The notes under the pieces were generated by a model that worked only from the letters and a program-made list of their open reading frames with translations, was not told the DNA's origin and did not search any database. DNA of 64,000 nt from the IMG/VR virus record IMGVR_UViG_3300005253_000262, positions 1 to 64,000 of that record, one strand, 5' to 3'. This stretch comes from a virus. Position numbers and translations under genes: made by a program. This document shows, in pieces, positions 1-9,595 of the stretch (position 1 is its first letter; each line of letters starts with the position of its first letter).

Positions 1-1
1 G

Positions 2-331
2 CTGGGGACGGCCCACGTCGGGTACATCCCTAAAGACCGCGTCGTGGGCATATCGAAGCTCTCACGCCTTGTGTATGGGCTCTCTCACGTAATGCCCTCG
101 TTACAAGAGGACATAACTCACTCTGTCACTGCAATACTTGCACATCACCTCGACGCTTTAGGCGTGATGTGTGTCATATCCGCTGAACATGGATGCATGG
201 CTGCTCGTGGTGTCGAGGAAGCTACAGGACAGACGCAGACCTTGACATCTTCCGTTCAGGGGGTGTTCACTGATAAGGTCGAGGCGCGCGAAGAATTTTA
301 TCGGCTCGTTGAGCTAAGGAGAAGATCGTGA
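2..331 (+). CDS. folE: GTP cyclohydrolase I (5'-truncated by window edge)
   Basis: Frame is open from base 2: LGTAHVGYIPKDRVVGISKLSR...LQEDIT...AEHGCMAARGV. This matches the FolE motifs AHxxYIP, GxSKL, QE and HxCMxxRGV. Confidence 0.9.
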   Translation: MGTAHVGYIPKDRVVGISKLSRLVYGLSHVMPSLQEDITHSVTAILAHHLDALGVMCVISAEHGCMAARGVEEATGQTQTLTSSVQGVFTDKVEAREEFYRLVELRRRS

Positions 332-654
332 TGGACTTTGTACTGCACATTTTGGAACTACTTGGTTTTGTATTCATCGTAGTGCTGATACTTATCACCC
401 GTGAGGGACCAGGACAAGATCGCACAGCTCGAGGAATCAACGGTATCATCTGCCTCTGGTCGGTCATCAAGCAGAAACGCCGGCTCCACGAATTCATAAG
501 GGTGATGGATGATAACTGGAACGAGATTACGCTCCCCGAAGGAACGCAGTTCCGAGTGGGATCGGAGGGAGGTGGTGAACTATGCACCGTAGTACGTCCC
601 TACATGTTCTTGACACGCGACCTCATGGAGACGGCAAAGTTCCGTAAGGGCTAA
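328..654 (+). CDS. hypothetical protein with N-terminal transmembrane segment
   Basis: GTGA overlap with folE stop; hydrophobic stretch LLGFVFIVVLILI. Confidence 0.6.
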   Translation: MMDFVLHILELLGFVFIVVLILITREGPGQDRTARGINGIICLWSVIKQKRRLHEFIRVMDDNWNEITLPEGTQFRVGSEGGGELCTVVRPYMFLTRDLMETAKFRKG

Positions 655-678
655 TCGGGGCGGATCACTTGACATCAC

Positions 679-708
679 TTGATGACCCCAATAGGGTTCC
701 TATATAAT
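679..708 (+). promoter_or_regulatory. sigma70-like promoter
   Basis: TTGATG-N18-TATAAT in the intergenic gap. It shares ctatataatagagataataga with the promoter at 48986. Confidence 0.75.
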
Positions 709-744
709 AGAGATAATAGAATCGCATAAGAAAGGGCCCTAAAG

Positions 745-1518
745 ATGGCTAGATACTCACCGATTGCACCACTTACTTTACTGGAACAGTTGCATGAGAA
801 AGAAATCCTAGGCAACTACCTCCTATTGCTAGCGCACGATGTTCTTGAGTACCCACGAGGATACATCGACTTAATGGACCATATAGGAGTCATGGAGGAC
901 TTCTATCCTGAAGAACGCTTCATCATCATGGACAATAGCGTAGTCGAGCTCTACCAGCCACTTCCACCCGGCAAAGTCATTGAGGCCGCAAATCTGGTAG
1001 AGGCTAACTGCATCATGATACCAGATGTACTAGGTGACTTTCAACTTACGCAGAAACTAGTGATGGAGCACGCGTCGCTTCTGCGTAACTGCGGCTTCCC
1101 CTTAATGAAGGTCCCACAAGGATCTAACGCGGCGGAGCTAGTACAGTGTGTTGACTGGCTTCGCGATTACCTTGAAGTCCCCAATGGTGATGTCGACTAC
1201 TGGGGGATTCCTCGCTGGATAGCTAATCAAGAAGGTTCGCGTATCCCTATCATCCAGTACATTAATGCCAAGTGCGAGGATCCTAAGATGCACCTCCTTG
1301 GTATGTCTGCATATCTCTCGGATGACCTAAGATGCACAAAGCTGCCTGGAGTTATGGGAATCGATTCCGCTAATCCCCTTGTAATGGGGTTTGCTAGAGT
1401 AGATCTATCTACAACCTCTGCATATGTACATATGCATCGTGGTAACTATTGGCAACGCACACACCCCGATGGCCCAGTGATTCGTAACGTGGAGCATATG
1501 CATGAACTCGTCAGCTGA
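745..1518 (+). CDS. TGT/DpdA-like TIM-barrel protein (putative 7-deazaguanine DNA-modification enzyme)
   Basis: Ordered motifs IMDNS, IPDVLGD, VPQG, WGIP, HLLGM and GIDSANP resemble the tRNA-guanine transglycosylase motif series (DS, D, QG, G, HLLG, D). The gene lies next to folE. Confidence 0.55.
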   Translation: MARYSPIAPLTLLEQLHEKEILGNYLLLLAHDVLEYPRGYIDLMDHIGVMEDFYPEERFIIMDNSVVELYQPLPPGKVIEAANLVEANCIMIPDVLGDFQLTQKLVMEHASLLRNCGFPLMKVPQGSNAAELVQCVDWLRDYLEVPNGDVDYWGIPRWIANQEGSRIPIIQYINAKCEDPKMHLLGMSAYLSDDLRCTKLPGVMGIDSANPLVMGFARVDLSTTSAYVHMHRGNYWQRTHPDGPVIRNVEHMHELVS

Positions 1519-3913
1519 AGAGCTCCGCTACATATGTGACCATGCTCCTCAAGATGTATGCGATGATTGCCCCTTCGGGGGGCCGAAGGTAGGCTCGAAG
1601 GGGGATCCTGCATCTCCCATTGTCTTCGTTGCTGAGTCACCAGGCTTAGACGAGGTACGTGATGGAGAACCGTTAATAGGCCCCACGGGTAAGGTCTTTC
1701 ATAAGTTCGTTCCCGACGATGGAAGTGTATATGTCCTCAATGCAATGGAGTGTTATCCTGCACGTGTGTTAAAAGAAGGCACAGAAGGGACAAGACGGAT
1801 GCAAGCCGCAGCATATAGCTGCCGTGATCGTCTCCTGCAGAAGATTGAAGCATACCCACACCGGCTCATCGTAGCGATGGGTAACTCCGCAGTACGATCC
1901 CTTACAGGCATCTGGGATCTCAAGATCACAAAGATTCGTGGCCGCCTTATTGAGTCATACCTCGCAGAGCTCGGGATCATGCCAGTGATACATGTAGCTG
2001 CGCTGATGAAGGGGACGGGCTCATTTCGCGAATGGCGCGAGGACATCCAATACGCTATGGAGCTCGGGCTAGGGGGCAGCCCTAGACCCCACTTGAAGGC
2101 AGACGTACGAATTATCCCTGACGATGTAACCCAAGGCTACGTCGATGCCCTCTTTGAATTTCTAACCTGGAGCAGCAATGAGCTTACGGCAGATATTGAA
2201 ACGACTGGTTTCAGTCACATCAACGACCGCATCCTATCGATTGGCATTACCCCCAGGAATGACCTCGGAATCAGTTATTGCTTCTATCCTCATCACCTAC
2301 CGCTTCTTAGGCCTCACTTGGAAGCGTCAACTATACAGTGGTGCTGGCACAACGGAAAGTTTGATGTTAAGTTCCTTAGAGCAGCGGGAATTAAAGCTCA
2401 CGTTGACGACGACACAATGCTCATGTCGTATACCCTGGACGAATTGGGAGGGATTCACGATCTGGAAACAGTGTCATGTGACGTGCTCAGCGCCCCTGAT
2501 TACAAATACATGATCAAACCCTATTTACCTAATAAGGATTCATCCTATGAACTGGTACCACCGCAAATTCTGGCAGAGTATCAAGCGATTGATACCTCGA
2601 ACACCGCTCAAATCAGGCCAATACTACGTAACCGTGTTAGAAGTGACTCAGCACTCGAAAAGCTCTACACCAGAACACTCCTACCTGCGAGTGAGATGCT
2701 CACTGAAGTCGAAGAAGCCGGAATCTGCACCGACCCCGAACGACTAGACGAGAACGAGGTCTACTTCGCAGACATGAAGGCGGAGATTGGGTCAGAAATT
2801 AACGAGCTAGTTGGCTACAACATCAACGCAGGATCACCTAAGCAGGTTAGTGAGCTCCTCTTTAAGCGGATGCGCCTCCCGAATAGGAAGAAGGGATCCA
2901 CAGATAAGTCCGTAATCGCCAAGCTACAGAAACAAACAGAACATCCTATCTTTGCGTTGATCCTGAAGCACCGCAAAGCCGTCAAGATGTACGGCACCTA
3001 CGTTAAGGGGTTTAAGTTATGTGTTGATCCTATTACTAACCGAATACACGCCACGTTTCTTGTACATGGCACTCGAACAGGCAGACTCGCAGCTCGTGAT
3101 CCTAACATGCAGAATCCGCCTCGTGATCCTCAGATTCGAGGGACTTTTGTTGCTGCTGAAGGGTATGAGCTTGTTGAAGTGGATCTCTCTCAGGCGGAGC
3201 TACGTTCTTTGGCGGCACTCTCGGGCGATGAAGCGCTACTCGAAGTATATAGAGGAACTGGAGATCTCCACACCGACCTCGCAAACTTCCTCTTCCCAGG
3301 ATGGGATGTGCGAGACCTCGCCCCAGAAACCCACCAGGAAGCATACGAACAGAGGGTGAGATGCAAGAACGTGAACTTCGGCATTACCTACGGTATCACG
3401 GAATTTGGTCTCCAGGAGCAGATCGGTGGCACACTTACGGAAGCGCGAACGATGATACGCGGGTGGTTCTCGAAATACCCTGGAGCAGCAGCCTTCATCA
3501 ACAAATGTAGGCATGCACCACTAAGCAATCAGGACATTACAACTTGCTTCGGACGCAGGAAGAGAGGTGGGATAGTATCGAGGGAAAACATGCGCTTCTT
3601 ACAAAACGAAGCGGCAAACTTCCCACATCAGTCGATAGCGTCCGACATTACGCTACATGCGGGTATTAGGTGTTGGAGACCATTACAGTCTATGGGGGTT
3701 AGGATCGTGAACCTGATTCATGACGCTCTTCTAATGGAAGTCCCAATCACATCCGATAACCATATCCGCCACGAGGCTATCGTGATGGTAGCGAAGGAAA
3801 TGCGCCAGGTACCTATAGACTGGGGTATTACACAAGTACCATTCATCGCCGAGGGTGAGTATGGTCACCGCTGGGGAACACTCAAAGCATACAAGGAGAA
3901 TATTTATGAGTGA
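1502..3913 (+). CDS. polA: family A DNA polymerase with N-terminal family-4 uracil-DNA-glycosylase-like domain and 3'-5' exonuclease
   Basis: UDG-4: CDDCPF, VFVAESPG, GPTGK, MGNSA, IHVAA. Exonuclease: DIETTG, HNGKFD, YQAID. Polymerase: motif A DLSQAELR, motif B RCKNVNFGITYG, motif C IHDAL. Confidence 0.95.
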   Translation: MNSSAEELRYICDHAPQDVCDDCPFGGPKVGSKGDPASPIVFVAESPGLDEVRDGEPLIGPTGKVFHKFVPDDGSVYVLNAMECYPARVLKEGTEGTRRMQAAAYSCRDRLLQKIEAYPHRLIVAMGNSAVRSLTGIWDLKITKIRGRLIESYLAELGIMPVIHVAALMKGTGSFREWREDIQYAMELGLGGSPRPHLKADVRIIPDDVTQGYVDALFEFLTWSSNELTADIETTGFSHINDRILSIGITPRNDLGISYCFYPHHLPLLRPHLEASTIQWCWHNGKFDVKFLRAAGIKAHVDDDTMLMSYTLDELGGIHDLETVSCDVLSAPDYKYMIKPYLPNKDSSYELVPPQILAEYQAIDTSNTAQIRPILRNRVRSDSALEKLYTRTLLPASEMLTEVEEAGICTDPERLDENEVYFADMKAEIGSEINELVGYNINAGSPKQVSELLFKRMRLPNRKKGSTDKSVIAKLQKQTEHPIFALILKHRKAVKMYGTYVKGFKLCVDPITNRIHATFLVHGTRTGRLAARDPNMQNPPRDPQIRGTFVAAEGYELVEVDLSQAELRSLAALSGDEALLEVYRGTGDLHTDLANFLFPGWDVRDLAPETHQEAYEQRVRCKNVNFGITYGITEFGLQEQIGGTLTEARTMIRGWFSKYPGAAAFINKCRHAPLSNQDITTCFGRRKRGGIVSRENMRFLQNEAANFPHQSIASDITLHAGIRCWRPLQSMGVRIVNLIHDALLMEVPITSDNHIRHEAIVMVAKEMRQVPIDWGITQVPFIAEGEYGHRWGTLKAYKENIYE

Positions 3914-4103
3914 CGACACAGTGACATTTCCTGCCGAATTTCGCGTACATTGGCCTGGACAAATGGTTTATGTCTGCGAACACCATAAGGACGCATTACT
4001 ACATCTTAACGGTACTATGGGAGGAGGAGATCTGTCCATCGATAGTTTCGATACCTCTGGGGAATCATGTAGTAACTGCATCAACGAGGCGAAAAAATCG
4101 TGA
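3907..4103 (+). CDS. small Cys/His zinc-finger-like protein
   Basis: CEHH and CSNC pairs; ATG (MSDDTV) follows an aggag SD. The start coordinate is approximate. Confidence 0.5.
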
Positions 4104-4354
4104 AGCGGAGACTTGAACTAATTACTGAGAACTACTGGATGGTTAGCCACTCATTGAACCACCCTAGTAGTGATGCACTCTCGTGTGAGAAAGCACTACA
4201 TACGATCAATAGCTCAGATCGCCTGAGACCAGAAGACTGGCGTCTCAACGAACTGATGCATACACTTAGGTACGACATAATTGAAGGAAACACGGAATGG
4301 AGAGGAAACCAACGGGTAGTAGGTTCAGCATTGATCCTGCCCATGAGGGACTAG
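4100..4354 (+). CDS. hypothetical protein
   Basis: GTGA overlap with the upstream gene, in an operon-like run. Confidence 0.45.
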   Translation: MKRRLELITENYWMVSHSLNHPSSDALSCEKALHTINSSDRLRPEDWRLNELMHTLRYDIIEGNTEWRGNQRVVGSALILPMRD

Positions 4355-6672
4355 ATGTCTACGGAGATGCGCAAATCCTCACATACGACGTCTGGAAGGA
4401 TAAGTATCGATATGGCGAGGAGGCTCATCCCTTTGATTCAATGCGTCGAGTCGTCGAGGGTGTATATTCCAAAGATTCCAACGCGGACGCTAAGAGAAAT
4501 GCGCTCGAAGCCATGCAGAAAGGGTTATGGATCCCAGCAGGGCGCATACAGGCGGGAGCGGGAACGCCGAATATAGTCACAATGCTCAATTGCTATATGT
4601 CTCGAGACATCGACGACTCAATGCCAGGAATAATGGAGGCACTGAAGGACGCAGCGCTCACACAACAACAGGGAGGGGGTATAGGAATGAACTTCAGCTC
4701 GCTGCGCCCAAGTGGTGCATTCCTACGTCGTACAGGCGCCGTGGCGAGTGGCCCCCTCCCCTTCATGGATATGTGGGATGGTATGTGTGCCACAATCATG
4801 TCCGCAGGCTCGCGACGTGGAGCAATGATGGCGGTCATGGATTGTGAGCATCCAGATCTGCCTGAGTTCATCACAGCTAAACACGAGGCTGGCAGACTGA
4901 AGAACTTTAATCTATCTGTCCTTATCTCGGATGCCTTCCTTAGCGCTGTGGAAACGGATGAAGAGTGGTTCCTAGGGTTCAACGTCCCCAAAGCGGATGG
5001 GCGACATATCTTCACTGTAGAGCGGGACGATCGCGGTAGGATTGAGCCGTGGTTTGCATATTCCAAATGGAAGGCGCGGGAGTTATGGGATCTAATCCTG
5101 GAGAATACTTATGAGTGGTCGGAACCGGGTGTGGTATTCATTGATCGTATTAATAAACGGAACAACCTCAATTATTGTGAAACGATCACGGGTACTAATC
5201 CTTGTGGTGAACAGCCACTGCCCGCAAATGGTTGTTGCAATCTGGGTGCCGTTAATCTCGCCAAGATGGTCAGAGACCCATTTAGTGACCACGCCCAATT
5301 CGATTATGACCTTCTCGACCAAATTGCCTCTCTCGGAACACGTTTTCTGGACAACGTCATTGATGTCACCCTGTATCCACTGGACGATCAAGCCACGGAG
5401 GAATACGCTAAACGACGAATTGGGGTTGGGATCACCGGCCTTGCAAATGCATTAGCACAACTCCAGGTACGCTATGGTTCACCAGAAGCGTTGAAAGTCA
5501 CCAATATGATTATGCATGCACTCACGAACGCTGTATATAGCGCATCTGCAGATCTTGCAGAGGAACGTGGTGTGTTCCCACTATATGACGGCTCCCAGTG
5601 GGCGGCCCATGAGCGATCTGTACTTCATACTGTGCTTGATCGCGGCACACGTGACAAGCTAAGCAGACACGGGGTTCGTAATGGTGTCCTAATGACTATC
5701 GCGCCTACTGGCACCACTAGCTTGTATGCGGGCAACGTTAGTTCAGGGTTGGAGCCTGTATTCCTTCATAAGGCTCAGCGCAATGTAAGGCAGAAGGACA
5801 ACACATATAAACCTTACACGGTATACGACTATGGATACCTCCTATACTCTGTAGTTCACCACGTTACGCCCACTATGACTACGAAGGGGCTTCCGGACTA
5901 TATGGTCACCCACGAAGCGCTAAGCGTCTGGGAACACATTGCAATGCAGGCAGCGTGTCAGAAGTATGTTGATGCCTCAGTCTCAAAGACAATTAACTGC
6001 CCACAGGATATCACCTTTGAGGACTTCAAGCAGATATATGAAGAGGCACATAAGGCTGGATGTAAAGGGTGCACTACATACCGGTATAGTGAAGTCCGTG
6101 GCAGTATCCTTTCTTCTGGGGCCGCTAAAGACACGCCGACTAGTCAGCCAATACTACTCACACGACCAGACGTGCTCAGTGGGCAAACTTATAAGGTGCG
6201 TTGGCCTAATGTGGACGAGAACTATTACATCACCATCAACGACGTAGGTGGAAAACCCTTCGAGGTGTTCATCCACAGCACTAGTTCGAAGTATACAGAT
6301 TGGACTACGGCACTTAGTTTGATGATCTCGGCAATCATGCGAAAAGGGGACGATATCTCTTTCATGCCTAAGGAACTCGCGAAAGTACGTAGTGCAGACG
6401 ATGTCGGTTATGTGGATGGTGTGTTCTATGGCTCGCTGGTTGCGCTCATCGGGGACACCATAAGAAGACATCTCTCAAGTGGTGATATTAGTAGTGTTGA
6501 ATCGAGTGCCTCAAGACGCCCTGCCTCCAAAAGTGCGAATCCACAGATCAACATAGAGCTTATAGCATCCGGTATTGGGGGCGAGACGTGTCCTAGATGT
6601 AACCAGCCCAGCCTAATCAGACAAGAAGGGTGTGAAGCATGCACTCTCTGCATCTACACAAAGTGCCAATGA
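4297..6672 (+). CDS. nrdJ: class II (adenosylcobalamin-dependent) ribonucleotide reductase with C-terminal TSCPD-like domain and Zn ribbon
   Basis: PAGRI, NCY, GGGIG, RRGAMM, TNPCGEQPL, CNLG, RRIGVG, TIAPTGT, SKTIN and KGCTTYR; C-terminal CPRC...CTLC; no small-subunit gene nearby. Confidence 0.92.
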   Translation: MERKPTGSRFSIDPAHEGLDVYGDAQILTYDVWKDKYRYGEEAHPFDSMRRVVEGVYSKDSNADAKRNALEAMQKGLWIPAGRIQAGAGTPNIVTMLNCYMSRDIDDSMPGIMEALKDAALTQQQGGGIGMNFSSLRPSGAFLRRTGAVASGPLPFMDMWDGMCATIMSAGSRRGAMMAVMDCEHPDLPEFITAKHEAGRLKNFNLSVLISDAFLSAVETDEEWFLGFNVPKADGRHIFTVERDDRGRIEPWFAYSKWKARELWDLILENTYEWSEPGVVFIDRINKRNNLNYCETITGTNPCGEQPLPANGCCNLGAVNLAKMVRDPFSDHAQFDYDLLDQIASLGTRFLDNVIDVTLYPLDDQATEEYAKRRIGVGITGLANALAQLQVRYGSPEALKVTNMIMHALTNAVYSASADLAEERGVFPLYDGSQWAAHERSVLHTVLDRGTRDKLSRHGVRNGVLMTIAPTGTTSLYAGNVSSGLEPVFLHKAQRNVRQKDNTYKPYTVYDYGYLLYSVVHHVTPTMTTKGLPDYMVTHEALSVWEHIAMQAACQKYVDASVSKTINCPQDITFEDFKQIYEEAHKAGCKGCTTYRYSEVRGSILSSGAAKDTPTSQPILLTRPDVLSGQTYKVRWPNVDENYYITINDVGGKPFEVFIHSTSSKYTDWTTALSLMISAIMRKGDDISFMPKELAKVRSADDVGYVDGVFYGSLVALIGDTIRRHLSSGDISSVESSASRRPASKSANPQINIELIASGIGGETCPRCNQPSLIRQEGCEACTLCIYTKCQ

Positions 6673-6683
6673 AAAGACTGCCG

Positions 6684-6711
6684 TTGATTTGCCCATATAT
6701 GGTTCTATAAT
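6684..6711 (+). promoter_or_regulatory. sigma70-like promoter
   Basis: TTGATT...ggttcTATAAT in the intergenic gap after nrdJ. Confidence 0.65.
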
Positions 6712-6744
6712 ATAGAGAAATACGAAATCACAGAGGAAGGGACA

Positions 6745-6987
6745 ATGAGCGACAATAACACACCCACTATGCCTACAACCGTTGATGAAGCAATAGATGT
6801 CTTGAGGCTGCGCTACGGCGATCAGTACGACATTCGAATGGTGCCTAGCGTACGCATAGGCGGCGCCCCTCATTGTTGCAGATGCACGATTCGTGTGCGT
6901 CATGGAGAATTCAGTGCTTCGACGGAGACTAGCTACTTCGAGGCACTCCTAGACGCACTGAAACAAACACTGGAGGCATCTCAGTGA
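6745..6987 (+). CDS. hypothetical protein
   Basis: First ORF after the promoter, with a purine-rich SD. Confidence 0.55.
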   Translation: MSDNNTPTMPTTVDEAIDVLRLRYGDQYDIRMVPSVRIGGAPHCCRCTIRVRHGEFSASTETSYFEALLDALKQTLEASQ

Positions 6988-7117
6988 GCATGTGGGATTG
7001 GATCTTTGTACTGGGGGTTGCTGTAGCTGTATCGTACCTTACTACCAAGCTATACTGGACCACACGAGCGTGGCGTAGGAAGAAGGAGTTTCTCGACAAG
7101 ATCAAGAGGTATGAATC

Positions 7118-7705
7118 ATGAGCGACCCGATTAGCCCAATGCAGGCATTCAAAGACAATCTGGCACGGAATCTCTATGGCATAACAGCTATGGAGGCGGT
7201 CGATAAAGGGGTCTGTATCCAATGCAAGGAGGAGGCGCTTCCCAAGTGCTATTCCGAAGCAGGACGTAAGGAATACAAGATATCAGGCTTGTGTGAGCCC
7301 TGCTTCGATGGCATCACAGAGATCCCGGAGGAGACTGAGGACGAGATAATTGCACAACACGACGACGAGGTGGCCCTTTGCGAGGAAGCGGTGCGGTACG
7401 GTTATCATCCGATATTTGCTCTGCGTGAGAACATGAAGGAAGCGTACGACTACGCCCTCAGCGTTGGCGAGGCGTGTGGTAGCGATAAAGCACATGTCAT
7501 AACGGCGATCCATGTTATGCTGAATACGCATGCGCTCGCAATAGCACGCGACCGTAGGGTAATTCGCCAACTCGAGGAGATGGCGCGTGCTGCTTTGTCG
7601 TACGCCCAAGATGGTTCTCGTAGTGATCGCCGCCGCATGCGGATGATCGAGGGTGCGCAGAAAGCCATCGAGGCAGCAAAACCATACATCGAGGAAGGGA
7701 AATGA
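7118..7705 (+). CDS. hypothetical protein with CxxC...CxxC zinc finger
   Basis: CIQC and CEPC; gaggt SD. Confidence 0.6.
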   Translation: MSDPISPMQAFKDNLARNLYGITAMEAVDKGVCIQCKEEALPKCYSEAGRKEYKISGLCEPCFDGITEIPEETEDEIIAQHDDEVALCEEAVRYGYHPIFALRENMKEAYDYALSVGEACGSDKAHVITAIHVMLNTHALAIARDRRVIRQLEEMARAALSYAQDGSRSDRRRMRMIEGAQKAIEAAKPYIEEGK

Positions 7706-7845
7706 ACTTCTGGTGCCGCATATTCGGACACAACTACTGGCCGTGGTTTGATCATGAGAACAAGATCTCGGTCCGTAAGTGTAGACGTTGCGGATGTATT
7801 GAATACTACGACACGAAGGCGGACTAATCATCGAGAGGTAACATC

Positions 7846-8076
7846 ATGAGATACGCATCAAGTTTCAAACAGCCCACGAAAGTGGAACAAGCATTAATTC
7901 GCCGACATGTAAAGGCACTAACCAAGAAGTTCGGTAATGTGCGCCAGGCCGCGCTCCATATCGGGGTCAACCCGAAGTACATGTATTCACTGGCACGTGG
8001 TGAGAAGGTCAATCCAGGAGACACAGTTCTTCGTAAGCTAGGCTTGCGTCGCGTGACCTATATCGAGGAGCGGTAG
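7846..8076 (+). CDS. XRE/Cro-like helix-turn-helix protein
   Basis: VRQAALHIGVNPKYMYSLARGEKVNPG...LRKLGL pattern. Confidence 0.7.
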   Translation: MRYASSFKQPTKVEQALIRRHVKALTKKFGNVRQAALHIGVNPKYMYSLARGEKVNPGDTVLRKLGLRRVTYIEER

Positions 8077-8342
8077 TGAGGACAATCTGTAAATACGAAC
8101 TCGCACCCTATCCTGAGCCTACAGTGTTAGATCTGCCTAAAGGCAGCGAGCCCATACATGTCGGTGTCCAAAACCATGTAATATACGTTTGGGTAGAGAT
8201 AGCAAACGAGTTGTCCACTAAGCGCTGCAATTGCGTATTCCACGTAGTTGACACCGGAAGCCAAATCAGGAGTAGTTGGAACTACATCGGGACAGTATTC
8301 CAGGGGCCATTTGTTCGGCACATATATTATGACTATGATTAG
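8076..8342 (+). CDS. conserved small phage protein
   Basis: IxKYxL...LPxG...VW...TG...YIGT...VxHxY pattern, common in phages. Confidence 0.6.
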   Translation: MRTICKYELAPYPEPTVLDLPKGSEPIHVGVQNHVIYVWVEIANELSTKRCNCVFHVVDTGSQIRSSWNYIGTVFQGPFVRHIYYDYD

Positions 8343-8388
8343 GTGCCTCAAGACCTCAGGTTCTGAGCGGGGCACTAGGAGCAATAGG

Positions 8389-9594
8389 ATGGTAGTATTC
8401 CAAAACAAGGGCTTGATAGACCTCAGAGGTATTACTACCTTTGGCGTATGCGTAAAACCGGAAACAACGAACCCGATAGGGTACTTCGGTACAGGCCTGA
8501 AGTATGCAATCGCGGTATGCCTGAGAGAAGGCCAGAAGGTCACACTCTGGCTCGGAACGAAGAAGTGCACCTTCCGAGTGAGGAAGCAGGAGATCCGTGG
8601 AGAAGAGTTCCACATGGTCACGATGAACCATAAAGACCTCCCATTCACTACGAAGCTGGGTAAAGACTGGGAGCTCTGGATGGCGTACAGGGAACTTGCT
8701 GCCAATGCAATGGACGAACCTGAAACAATGATTGGAGGGGGTACCAAAGTTCCTGGAAACCCGCCTAAGGGACGTACCACATTTATCGTGGAAGGTGACG
8801 CTATTGAGGCGGTACATAAGCAGCAGAACAAAATCTTCCTCCAGACAGAGCCTCGGTACAAATTCGCTTCGGTAGAGCTTCATGACCGAACTAGTGAAGA
8901 GAGCTGGATCTACTACCGCGGGATCCGTGTACACAAATTAGACAAGGAGGCGCTATATAACTACAATATCCTCGATGAGACCCGGCTAACAGAAGATCGG
9001 ACACTTGCGTCAGTATACACAGCCTATCATGTAATCGCTGGGGCTATAGTATCGTGCGACAACGCAGGGCTTATTCGCCAGATGCTGGAAGCCCACCAGC
9101 TCTACTTCGAAAGCACAATCGATTATGATCTATGGTCGGCGAGACCAGGCAAGACGTTTAATGAGGTTGTTACCCGATATATTCACACGGGTAGATCCTT
9201 CAGTACGTCTGCAAAGAGTCTCTATGAGAACGCGCACCCAGAGACACCAGCTCCTGCGTTAGTACAATGGGAAACGATTCCGATGGAGAAACGACGTAAG
9301 CTGTGGGCGGCCCTACGGTTCTGGGACAAGTTAGGTATCGAGATCCCACGGAAAGATATACGTGTAACCGACGCTCTTGGGGACAGGAATAAGGGCACAA
9401 CCCATATGGGGACGATATACTTATCGCTGCATGTACTTGATCGAGACATGCGGCAGGTTGCTGGGATCATATATGGGCTGTATGCAAGGAATAAGCATAA
9501 GGCTACCGAGCTCGACTCGATAAGTCTGCTTATCGACACAATCGTGGACTTCGGTGAGCGTCTCCTTGGGCTACAAAGAAAGGACGCTGTCTAA
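8389..9594 (+). CDS. GHKL (HATPase)-like ATPase with permuted motif order
   Basis: NKG, IGYFGTGLK, RELAANAMDE and GRTTFIV motifs; start moved to ATG 8389 behind the aggag SD. Confidence 0.65.
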   Translation: MVVFQNKGLIDLRGITTFGVCVKPETTNPIGYFGTGLKYAIAVCLREGQKVTLWLGTKKCTFRVRKQEIRGEEFHMVTMNHKDLPFTTKLGKDWELWMAYRELAANAMDEPETMIGGGTKVPGNPPKGRTTFIVEGDAIEAVHKQQNKIFLQTEPRYKFASVELHDRTSEESWIYYRGIRVHKLDKEALYNYNILDETRLTEDRTLASVYTAYHVIAGAIVSCDNAGLIRQMLEAHQLYFESTIDYDLWSARPGKTFNEVVTRYIHTGRSFSTSAKSLYENAHPETPAPALVQWETIPMEKRRKLWAALRFWDKLGIEIPRKDIRVTDALGDRNKGTTHMGTIYLSLHVLDRDMRQVAGIIYGLYARNKHKATELDSISLLIDTIVDFGERLLGLQRKDAV

Positions 9595-9595
9595 C

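Noticed and set aside
1502-6672. Inteins or introns in polymerase or RNR
   Set aside because: Motifs are contiguous, lengths are normal and no intein splice-junction signatures are evident
8248-8388. N-terminal extensions in the ORF track (8248; also 11583, 18080, 27626, 40610, 53743, 59675)
   Set aside because: They overlap upstream genes or promoters; downstream ATGs have SDs or stop-start overlaps
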